This document shows positions 27,736-35,913 of a stretch of 64,000 nt of DNA, one piece after another. The DNA is taken from assembly GCA_963707025.1 (NCBI GenBank), contig CAVPOM010000012.1, positions 192,001-256,000 on the forward strand. The letters are read 5' to 3'. Position 1 is the stretch's first letter. The number at the start of each line of letters is the position of its first letter. Source of the stretch: an uncultured Verrucomicrobiae bacterium (GTDB taxonomy: Bacteria > Verrucomicrobiota > Verrucomicrobiia > Limisphaerales > Palsa-1400). The notes under the pieces are model-generated. The model had not been told where the DNA came from. It did no database searches and saw nothing but the letters and a program-made list of their open reading frames with translations. A program made the translations under genes and the position numbers.

Positions 27736-28795
27736 TCAAGCGACGGCGGCTGGCATTGGCACAATCACGCCCTCGGCGGCAGCGAATTTCCTCTCATAAT
27801 CCTCCAAGGTTGGAATCACCACTTGGGCTTTTCTCGCGTAGGCGCGATGGACGGCCTTGCTTTGGTGCCCCAAAGCCTCCTGGGCGAATCTTTCCGGGTA
27901 GCCGCAGGTCTTTGGCGCGTTCCGCCCAAGCGTAGCAGTAGGAATGCAGGGTGATGCCTTTAATCATCAACCGGCGGCAGGCGCGGGCGAACTCCGTTGC
28001 CCGGTGCCCCTCCCGCATCGGCATGAGTTGGGGGAAGAGCGGACCTGATTGCGGGAGCGTCCGCAACACGGCCTCAAGCTCTCCGCCAAAGCGGATGATC
28101 GAAGCGGTTCCGGTCTTGTGGCGGTGGAAGCTGACGACCTTGCCGTGCCAGTCAATATCCTCTGCGGTCAAGCTCGCAAGGTCGGATTGAGCGCCGCCCA
28201 GGAGCCAGCAGAATTCGTAAAACGCCCGGCGTTCCGGGTTCAGTTCGCCGGTGATGATGGCTCCATGTTCTTCCCTGGTGATGGCCCGTTTGGCTTTGAA
28301 CCGCACAGCCGGCCATTGGCGTTTGGGCACCAGTGGCCAGGCGAGCCAGTTCATGTCCAGGCAGAAGTTGTGCAGGCGGCGCAGATAAACGTTGGTCGAG
28401 ACCGTGCCGCTTTGAAGGGTCTTGAGCAATAGTTCGCCCGGCGTGTCAATGATGGTGCGGGGGAGCAACGGGGCAAGCGCCCTGTCTTTTGCCACGCGCA
28501 GCCAGCGTTGGCGGTTGGCCCCTTGCTTGGACTCAATCAGCGTTTCCATTGCTTGCTGCCAGGTGCGGGTGGTCAGGGCGTTGTCGGCACCCGCCAAATA
28601 GGCTCTGGCGATTTGCAGGTTGAGGACCGGCTGGCGCTCGGCGGCATTCTGGGCCTCGATAATCTGTCTGGCCTCCGGCTCGCTGGTGGTGTGAAGGCTG
28701 GCGCGCTTGCCTGTTTTCTTGTCAACAGAATAATATGTTCCGCCGCGGATGCCACGGAAGATTAAGCGGTAACGTGCATTCATAACTTTTCTCAC
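27736..28795 (-). pseudogene. Tyrosine recombinase/integrase, apparently inactivated
   Basis: HSYC in place of HxxR (TGC at 27935-27937). One extra base at 27911-27913; removing it restores TCGYPERFAQEALGHQSKAVHRAY and a stop at 27736. Confidence 0.85.
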
Positions 28796-28959
28796 GTAAC
28801 CGCGATGGTAAAAGAACCCGAATCCGAACCGTTAGCGAGTAGCGGGAGAGTTATCCCCGGTTATCGCGAATTCTGACGGAGTACCAAATTTGGTGTCCGT
28901 TCCGGTGTCCGTTTTGGACCTTGCCGCTGCCAACTCCTTGCTGCGCAAGCAGTTGGAGA

Positions 28960-28985
28960 TGGAGGCGGGGGTCGGAATTGGACCG
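28960..28985 (-). other. tRNA 3'-end fragment (tRNA-Cys-like) forming the island att
   Basis: Minus strand reads CGGTCCAATTCCGACCCCCGCCTCCA: T-arm, acceptor strand and CCA, with no 5' half. Confidence 0.7.
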
Positions 28986-29352
28986 CGCCCTGGACGCGGA
29001 CAACCTTTTGGCCGCCGGGGAATTGGACGCATCCAACGGTTTCAAAGTGCGCTACAGCCTACACCTGGCTTGTGGCGCGAATGGCATCTATGGCTTGTGT
29101 CGTGTTTCCGATTTTCACAAGGCACTGGTGGCGACGGAAAGAGAGTTGGAACGGACCGGCCTTTTGACCCATGCTGACATCGGCTGGTTGTGTCCCGCTG
29201 AGATGATCTGGCGCAGATTCCACCCCAAAACTGACGCCAGCCCCTTCACTCCAAAGATTTTGGATTCCACTGAAAAGCGCGTAGTCAATACGAAGGTGGT
29301 TCACACCCTGGCATGGTTTTGTCAGCATTTCCAACTACCGCCGCGCCCATGA
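28984..29352 (+). pseudogene. 3' part of the split hypothetical gene
   Basis: RALDADNLLAAG... continues 17294-17443 in frame, giving 172 aa when joined. Confidence 0.75.
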
Positions 29353-29591
29353 AACCCACCGCCGCCACACCCTTTTCCAGCGCCAGGCATGGCCCCTGCA
29401 AGCCCATTGAAGCGGCCACGCAACGCCGCTTTACCGCTCACTTTTCCAGCCCGACTCTTGCCCCCCTATGCCCAATCCGCCCTACATCGGCGGCGCTGTT
29501 CTTTAAAGGCAAGTAGGCTTGGACTCAATCGAAACCACGTAAAGCCGCGCAAATGCGGCCCTTACCGTTTCTACTTCTTTCCCGGACATCA

Positions 29592-29628
29592 GGACGCGCA
29601 AACTCCAAAACTTATCGCTTCTTTTACA
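29592..29628 (-). repeat. Right end of the Mu-like element (R1 site and terminal CA)
   Basis: Reverse complement reads TGTAAAAGAAGCGATAAGTTTTGGAGTTTGCGCGTCC and matches the left-end sites. Confidence 0.7.
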
Positions 29629-29656
29629 GGTTTTGCGTTAAATTGACTCCGTTTTC

Positions 29657-30226
29657 ATGCTCATCGCGTTCCACAAACCCTTTGGCGTCCTGTCCCAATT
29701 CACCGGGGACGGCTCGCGCCACCGGACGCTGGCGGAGTTTGGGTTTCCCGCCGGGGTTTATCCGATTGGCCGGCTGGATGCGGATTCGGAAGGGCTGCTG
29801 CTGTTAAGCGATGAGGCGGCGCTCAACGCCAGGCTGCTGCCACCTTCCCGCGCTCATCCGCGCGTTTATTGGGCGCAGGTGGAAGGCGTTCCTTCGGAGG
29901 AGTCGCTGAAGAAACTCTCCCGGGGGGTCATGGCGCAGGGCCGGATGACCCTGCCTTGCCGGGCGTGGTTGCTGGACGCGCCGCCAGGGCTGCCGCCGCG
30001 CGTGCCGCCCGTTCGCTTCCGCAAAACCGTGCCCGACCGTTGGATTGCCCTGGAGTTGGTGGAAGGAAAGAACCGCCAGGTCCGGCGCATGACGGCGGCA
30101 GCGGGCCATCCGACGCTTCGCTTGTTACGGGCGCAAATCGGGGGATTCCAAGACCCTGGCCTGGCTCCTGGCCAATGGCGGCTGCTTAACCAAAAAGAGC
30201 GCGCCCTGGCGCTGGGCCGCGCTTGA
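29657..30226 (+). CDS. rluE: rRNA pseudouridine synthase, RsuA/RluE family
   Basis: HKPFGVLSQFT, GRLDADSEGLLLL, EGKNRQVRRM; no S4 domain. Confidence 0.88.
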   Translation: MLIAFHKPFGVLSQFTGDGSRHRTLAEFGFPAGVYPIGRLDADSEGLLLLSDEAALNARLLPPSRAHPRVYWAQVEGVPSEESLKKLSRGVMAQGRMTLPCRAWLLDAPPGLPPRVPPVRFRKTVPDRWIALELVEGKNRQVRRMTAAAGHPTLRLLRAQIGGFQDPGLAPGQWRLLNQKERALALGRA

Positions 30227-30244
30227 GCGGCCCGGTCGTGGGCG

Positions 30245-30664
30245 TCACTGCGGGGTTTGCGCATCGGCCGCCGGATCGCTCCGTTCTGCGGGCCGTTCAA
30301 AAACCCGCCCGATCAACTCGCTGGCCTTGCGCGCGGAGATGCGGATGCGCAGGAATTTTCGCGCAAATCCTCCCCTGGCATCATCGGCCTCCATGAAGGC
30401 GGCCAACTCATTGATCGCGTCGCGCCGCCCCGGGGTCTTGGCCAAATAGCGGATCAAGGCGAAATCCCGGTCGAAATAGCCGGGCTGGATTTTGCGGAGG
30501 AGGGGAGCGAGCAGGCGCGCGCGCCAATAAAGACAGGTTCGGAAGGCCCGCTCCTCGAATTCCGCGGGAGCGCAGTGGTAACGCTCGCAGAACAGAGACA
30601 TGAAATCCGGCTTGGCCGGCCCTGAACCCGTATCTTGGTTTGGGGAGGGAGGCGATGAGTTCAT
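30245..30664 (-). CDS. Hypothetical protein
   Basis: Coherent ORF with FCERY..CLYWRAR..FLRIRISARK. Confidence 0.65.
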   Translation of the reverse strand: MNSSPPSPNQDTGSGPAKPDFMSLFCERYHCAPAEFEERAFRTCLYWRARLLAPLLRKIQPGYFDRDFALIRYLAKTPGRRDAINELAAFMEADDARGGFARKFLRIRISARKASELIGRVFERPAERSDPAADAQTPQ

Positions 30665-30693
30665 GCAATCAGGGAGGATTCTCGCTGACACCG

Positions 30694-32787
30694 TTATGGT
30701 TTGCGTCTTTGGCGATCGTGCCGTGCCAGGGTTTGCCCGGCGCGGTAGAGTGTCAATAATTGCCGGTTGAGGTCCGCAAAGCGCGTCTCTCCGGAGGCGG
30801 TTTCTTCCCGCACCGCCTTTTCGGCGGTGGCAACGGCCTCGGGGAAACGTCCCGCTTCCGCATAGGCCGCCGCCAGCGTGCCCGCGACGCACATCCCTTT
30901 TACCGGCGGCAGACGCTGGGCGCGTTCGGCGAGCTGGACCGCTCCCGGTCCGTCCCGCAGCTTGTCCTCCGAAGCGGTGGCGAGCAGCCAGCCCAGATTG
31001 TTAAGCGCTTCCAGGCAGTCAGGAGCGAGGCGGAGCGCCTGGCGGTATTGGGCCACGGCCTGGCGCAGGTCGCCCTCCTGGAAGAACAGCCCGGCCAGTT
31101 CCAGGCGCGTTGGGAGGTCCGGCTTGAGGGACAAGACTGCCTGCAAATGGAGCAGGGCCTCGCCTGGTTTTCCTTGTTGGCCCAAAGCGGCGGCGAAGTT
31201 TCTATGGGTCTGCGCCTCAAGGGGCTGGAGCGCCAGAGCCTTGCGGAACTCCGGTTCGGCTTGGGCGAATTTCCCCTCCAGCGCCAACGCTTGCGCGAGG
31301 TTGGCATGGGCGTCCGGATTGTCCGGGTTGGATTGGAGGGAGGCGGTGAATTGCTCAATGGCGGCGGGATAATTTGTGGCGTCCGCCAGGATGACCCCCA
31401 GATCGTTGTGCGCGGCCCAGGCGTCCGGATTCTTCGCCAGTGTGTCGCGAAATAATCTCTCCGGCGTGGCGAAGGCCTGCGCGCGTTCAAAGGCCGCGAC
31501 CGTCAAGACCATAACCAGCACGGCGGCGGCGCCCCGAAAAACTCTGGCGGGCAGCGCCGCGGCCAGGGCGGCGGCGGCCAGAGCCACCGGGGCGATCAAA
31601 GGCAGGTATTGGAGATGGTCGGACACCTGCCAGCGGGTGAGGAATTGAGAATTAATCAAGCCAAGCGCCGGAAACAAAGCAACGGCAAAAACTCCCAGCC
31701 CGAACAGGACGGGCCGTCCCCAGCCGCGGCGGAAGCGCCAGCAGAGAAGAAAAGCCGCGCCGACCAGGAGCGCCGGCAGGAAGGACATCAGCGTGGAGGC
31801 GTCCTCTTTCCAGCGGGGATAAACCAGGTTCAGGTTGACGGGCAGAAGCGCCTTGCCCAGGTAGAACCAGAAAGCCCGGCCAGCCTGGGCCAGTCGCTCC
31901 CCAAAACTTTCCGGCGCCAGCGTCAGGCCGGGCAGATACAGGTGCTTTTGAAACCAGGCCGACAACAATCCAAAGGCCAGCGCCAGAACAAAGAACGGGC
32001 TGGTGCAAATCACATCCCGGCCGCTGATCCGTCCGCGCCGGAAGGCCGCGCCGCCGAGCAGCAGCAGCGGCAGCATCACCGTGGAAGTTTTGCTGAGCAG
32101 CGCCAGCACGAAGGCCGCGAGCGACAGCCCGTACCACAGCGCCGCCGGGCCAACCTGGCGTGCCGGGATGTTGTCCTTCCGCGGGAGGGAGGCGTCTTCA
32201 TAGCGGACATAAAACAAGGCGGCCAGCAGGAAGAAAGGCAGCGAAAGCGTGTTCTTCATTTCGGCGATCCGGGCCACCGAGGCCACGGCCACCGGGTGAA
32301 CGGCAAAAACCGCCCCGGCCAGCCATGCGCCCGGGATTTTCAGCCGCGCCAACAAACGCCACAACAACACCGCGCTCAGGGCATGAAGGGCCATGTTCAC
32401 GGCGTGATACCAGCCCGGTTTTGCGCCCCAGGCCAGCCATTGCGCCCAAAATACAAACGTCGAGAAGGCCCATTCCGTTTGGAACCAGACCGTGGAAGGC
32501 CCCAGTTGCCCCGTCACCATCGGGTTGTCCTCCGCGATCAGCCGCCGGTCATCCATCAAAAAACTTCCCGGCAGGATGGGGCGGTAGGCGATGAGAACCA
32601 GGGCGCCGATCAAGAGCACGCCCAAAACGAGACGCAGGCGGCTGCCGTCAACCTCCAGGGCGCGACCAATCCCCGCCCAGCCGCGGCGCAAAGCGCCGGC
32701 ATCCGGTCCGGCGGGGAGAGGACAGGGCAGCGATGCGGCGTTTTCCGATGATTCTTGAATAAGCTTTTTATGGATTAGAGCGTCCAT
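30694..32787 (-). CDS. TMTC-like multi-TM glycosyltransferase (GT-C) with C-terminal TPR repeats
   Basis: FLMDD loop, YHAVNMALH, FAVHPVAVASV, DHLQYLP and TPR helices; start uncertain. Confidence 0.85.
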   Translation of the reverse strand: MDALIHKKLIQESSENAASLPCPLPAGPDAGALRRGWAGIGRALEVDGSRLRLVLGVLLIGALVLIAYRPILPGSFLMDDRRLIAEDNPMVTGQLGPSTVWFQTEWAFSTFVFWAQWLAWGAKPGWYHAVNMALHALSAVLLWRLLARLKIPGAWLAGAVFAVHPVAVASVARIAEMKNTLSLPFFLLAALFYVRYEDASLPRKDNIPARQVGPAALWYGLSLAAFVLALLSKTSTVMLPLLLLGGAAFRRGRISGRDVICTSPFFVLALAFGLLSAWFQKHLYLPGLTLAPESFGERLAQAGRAFWFYLGKALLPVNLNLVYPRWKEDASTLMSFLPALLVGAAFLLCWRFRRGWGRPVLFGLGVFAVALFPALGLINSQFLTRWQVSDHLQYLPLIAPVALAAAALAAALPARVFRGAAAVLVMVLTVAAFERAQAFATPERLFRDTLAKNPDAWAAHNDLGVILADATNYPAAIEQFTASLQSNPDNPDAHANLAQALALEGKFAQAEPEFRKALALQPLEAQTHRNFAAALGQQGKPGEALLHLQAVLSLKPDLPTRLELAGLFFQEGDLRQAVAQYRQALRLAPDCLEALNNLGWLLATASEDKLRDGPGAVQLAERAQRLPPVKGMCVAGTLAAAYAEAGRFPEAVATAEKAVREETASGETRFADLNRQLLTLYRAGQTLARHDRQRRKP

Positions 32788-32984
32788 CCCGATTTTCTGC
32801 TCAATTCGTCGCGCGCCAAAACCGGCCAACGAAATCCGCCCGCCCGTCGCGTCCTGCGCTGTCGTACCCATTCTCCGTCGGCGTCCTTTCCGCGGAGAGG
32901 CCATTACGCTAAAGAACGCCAGCCTGGTTGTCCATCGGGCAACCCTGCTTTCTTTGTAGGGAGAATCCTCACAAGCCCGCGGGG

Positions 32985-33025
32985 AAATGCAAAATGCAAA
33001 ATGCAAAATGCAAAATGCAAAATGA
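32985..33025 (+). repeat. (AAATGCA)n heptamer tandem repeat
   Basis: About five copies; related arrays at 11495-11526 (reverse), 34861-34890 and ~52613-52636. Confidence 0.8.
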
Positions 33026-33112
33026 AGAATGGGAACCTGGCGCGGAAGTGCAGGCGGGAAGACAAGCCAGCCGCGCGCCGGAAGGGGCCCCCAGCCGAGG
33101 GGAACCGTCCGC

Positions 33113-33146
33113 TTGACGGTTGATTAAATGACAGTAGAATGACACT
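33113..33146 (+). promoter_or_regulatory. Promoter/operator of the antitoxin gene
   Basis: TTGACG-16 bp-TAGAAT, 6 nt before the ATG; AATGACA direct repeats overlap the -10. Confidence 0.55.
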
Positions 33147-33416
33147 ATGAAAACACTGACCGTGACCGCCGCCCGCCAGAATCTCGGCGCGTGGCTGAAA
33201 AAGACCCTGCAGGGCGAGGATATCGGCGTGATGATTGACGGCGCGGTGGTGGCGTTCCGCCCGGTCAAGGTTTACTCGGAGGATTACGCCACGCAGGAAT
33301 ACGGCGCCACGCCGGAGGAATTGGATCGCTTTGTCCTCAAGGCAAACCAGGAATTGGACGCCGACCGAAAAGCCGGGCGTCTGAAGCGCTTCCATGGAAA
33401 GCTGGCCCGTGGCTAA
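33147..33416 (+). CDS. Phd/YefM-like antitoxin (orphan)
   Basis: MKTLTVTAARQNLGAWLKK..GEDIGV pattern and acidic C-terminus. Confidence 0.7.
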   Translation: MKTLTVTAARQNLGAWLKKTLQGEDIGVMIDGAVVAFRPVKVYSEDYATQEYGATPEELDRFVLKANQELDADRKAGRLKRFHGKLARG

Positions 33417-33445
33417 ACCGGCCGTCCTGCTCAGTCAACGATTTT

Positions 33446-34861
33446 TTGCATTGGAGCGTTATCTACCTGATCAGCGAGTGGGTCATCCGCCTCACGATGC
33501 TGGTCTATGTCCCCCGGCAGCGCACGGCCGCCGCGGCGCGCGCCTGGCTGCTGCTTATTTTTTTGCTGCCGTGGCCCGGCATCATTTTCTACGCGCTGGT
33601 GGGGCGCATTTATTTGCCCAAGGACCGGCTGGTCCGGCAGGAGGGGGCATCGAAAAAAATCCGCCTCGTGCAGGAGCAGTTCCTGGCCCGGGGCCACTCC
33701 CTGCCCAGCCTGCCGCCCCATGTCTCGCCGCTGGCGGCGCTGGCCGCGCGGCTGGGCGATTTTGAACCGCTCCAAGGCAACAAGGTGGAGTTGCTCACCG
33801 ATTACCAAGGCTCGATCGGGCGGCTGATTGCGGACATTGAGGCGGCGCACCGTCATGTCCATTTGTTGTGTTATATTTACGAGGACGATGAGACGGGGCG
33901 GCGGGTGGCGGAGGCGCTGGCCCGCGCGGCGGCGCGTGGCGTGAAGTGCCGGGTGTTGCTGGACGCGGTGGGGTCGAAACGGGCGTTGCGAGGGCTGGCG
34001 CCGAAGATGCGGCGCGACGGGGTGGAAGTGACGGCGCTGTTGCCGGCGGGCCTTTTCCGGCGCAACGCGGCGCGCTTTGATTTGCGCAACCACAGGAAAA
34101 TTGCGGTCATTGACGGCGGCATCGGCTACAGCGGATCGCAGAATATTTGCGACGGGCAATTTGTGAAAGGGTTCCCGAACCAGGAGCTGGTGGCGCGGCT
34201 GGCGGGGCCGGTGGTCTGGCAGTTGCAGGCCGTTTTTTTGGCGGATTACTATCAGGAAACCACCACCGTGCTCGATGGCATGGAGATTTTTCCCGAGCCG
34301 GCGCAGACGGGCGAATCCATCGCCCAGGCGCTGCCAAGCGGACCGGGCTACGGGCGGGAGAATGCGCAGGAATTGTTGATCGCGCTGCTCCATGAGGCGC
34401 GGGAGCGGGCGGTTCTGACGACGCCGTACTTCGTGCCGGACGAGCCGTTCCTGGAAGGGATGCGGGCGGCGGCGCGGCGCGGCGTGGCCGTCCACCTGGT
34501 GGTGTCGGAACACGCCAACCAGCGCCTGACGCAACTGGCGCAGCGCTCTTTTTACGACGAGCTGCTGGAGGCCGGGGTGAAGATTCATCTCTACAAGCCG
34601 CATTTTCTCCACGCCAAAAACCTGACGATTGACAACGACGTGGCGCTGGTCGGCTCGGCCAACATTGACATCCGCTCCTTCGCGCTGAACGAGGAGATCA
34701 GCCTGTTGTTTTACGACGCGGGAACGGTGGCGGCGCTGCACCGCATACAGGACGATTACCTGGCGCAAAGCACCCTGCTGGACGCCGGGGAATGGCGCGG
34801 GCGGCCGCTGGCGGCGCGCACGGTGCAGGGCGTGGCAAGGCTGGCGGATTCGTTTCTCTGA
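33446..34861 (+). CDS. cls: Cardiolipin synthase
   Basis: Two N-terminal TM helices and two HKD motifs (NHRKIAVID, LHAKNLTID). Confidence 0.93.
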   Translation: MHWSVIYLISEWVIRLTMLVYVPRQRTAAAARAWLLLIFLLPWPGIIFYALVGRIYLPKDRLVRQEGASKKIRLVQEQFLARGHSLPSLPPHVSPLAALAARLGDFEPLQGNKVELLTDYQGSIGRLIADIEAAHRHVHLLCYIYEDDETGRRVAEALARAAARGVKCRVLLDAVGSKRALRGLAPKMRRDGVEVTALLPAGLFRRNAARFDLRNHRKIAVIDGGIGYSGSQNICDGQFVKGFPNQELVARLAGPVVWQLQAVFLADYYQETTTVLDGMEIFPEPAQTGESIAQALPSGPGYGRENAQELLIALLHEARERAVLTTPYFVPDEPFLEGMRAAARRGVAVHLVVSEHANQRLTQLAQRSFYDELLEAGVKIHLYKPHFLHAKNLTIDNDVALVGSANIDIRSFALNEEISLLFYDAGTVAALHRIQDDYLAQSTLLDAGEWRGRPLAARTVQGVARLADSFL

Positions 34862-35374
34862 AAATGCAAAATGCAGAATGCAAAATGCATAATGAAAGCA
34901 TGGCGGCAGTGAACGGGGTCCAGAAACGAGCCTGGGAATATTCGCGCAGGAGACAATGATGGCTGCCAGAGAGCGTAGGGTCCGAAAAATCGCTTTTGAC
35001 TCATTTCACCCCGTTTCTTCCCATCGCTTGGACCCTCACAAAACCCTTGATTCTATTGGCGAAAATCGTGTTTTGCCCGTTTTCAGCGCGACCGCAGAAA
35101 CTCATCAAAACGGAAATGAAACCAGCACAGCAACTAGCACAAATCAGGAAAGTCCGCAGTCCTCTTGTCTGAAAAGGGGATTTCCCCGCGGCTCGTTCCC
35201 GTGTCGTCATCCGGCTTGCTCAAGGCAGGAAGGCCAAGCCGAATGCCAACACGCGAACGCTCCGCCCCGACGAGTGCCTGGTCGTGCCGTCATTGTCCCC
35301 AAGATTGCGCCCCGGCTGCCCTCGCAACATTGGAGACAATGCCGTCACCAGCAGGAAAGGCGTGGACGGCCAGT

Positions 35375-35901
35375 GACCCGCCTGTCCTGTCATGACTTTG
35401 TGGACAACCAAGTGCGGCTGCAACTGTTCGTGCTGGCCTACAACTTGGGCAACTTTCTGCGGCAGGCCGTGATGCCCCGTGCGGTGCGTCACTGGACATT
35501 GACGACGTTGCGGGAGAAAGTGATCAAGATTGGGGCGAAGATCGTGCGCCATTCCCAGCAGATCATCTTCCAGTTGGCGGAGGTGGCGGTGGCGAGAGAG
35601 TTGTTCCGGCCGATTCTGGAAGGGATTGGGCGGCTGAGATTGGCAACGGTGTTATGAGGATGATGAAAGAAACCCAACAATCGCAGGGGAACACCGAAAC
35701 TACGGAGGACGTGTCTTTGCGTGCGGCGGAAAAGCGCGTGAAAAGGCACCAAAGGTCAACGCAGCGCTCCCTTTTCCAGAGAATAAGCGGACTGAAAAAA
35801 CGGCGGACTGAAAAAAGCGCTTGCAAATCCGTGGAACTGGACGAAATTCACGAAAAATGCCGCGCTGGTCGTGGGCTAGAAACCAAATGTGAGATGTCAG
35901 G
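35375..35901 (+). pseudogene. IS1380-family remnant (transposase C-terminus to 35657 plus right end)
   Basis: RLSCHDFVDNQVRLQLFVLAYNLGNFLR..WTLTTLREKVIKIGAKIVRH; terminal ATGTGAGATGTCAGG. Confidence 0.8.
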
Positions 35902-35913
35902 TTGGATCATATT

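Larger units (their letters stand above)
17433..28983. mobile_element. Tyrosine-integrase genomic island with a tRNA-Cys-type att, inserted at a secondary site
   Basis: Direct repeat CGGAATTGGAC at 17433-17443 and 28973-28983; paired GGTGTCCGT arm-type repeats at 17535-17558 and 28889-28912; integrase next to the right att. Confidence 0.9.
3576..29628. mobile_element. Mu-like transposable element (defective prophage or satellite), about 14.5 kb without the nested island
   Basis: GGTTT at 3571-3575 and 29629-29633. Right end ...TTTTACA. The motif A(T/C)AAGT(T/C)TTGGA starts at position 14 from both ends. Encodes a Mu-type transposase, AAA ATPase and repressor/Ner pair. Confidence 0.8.
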
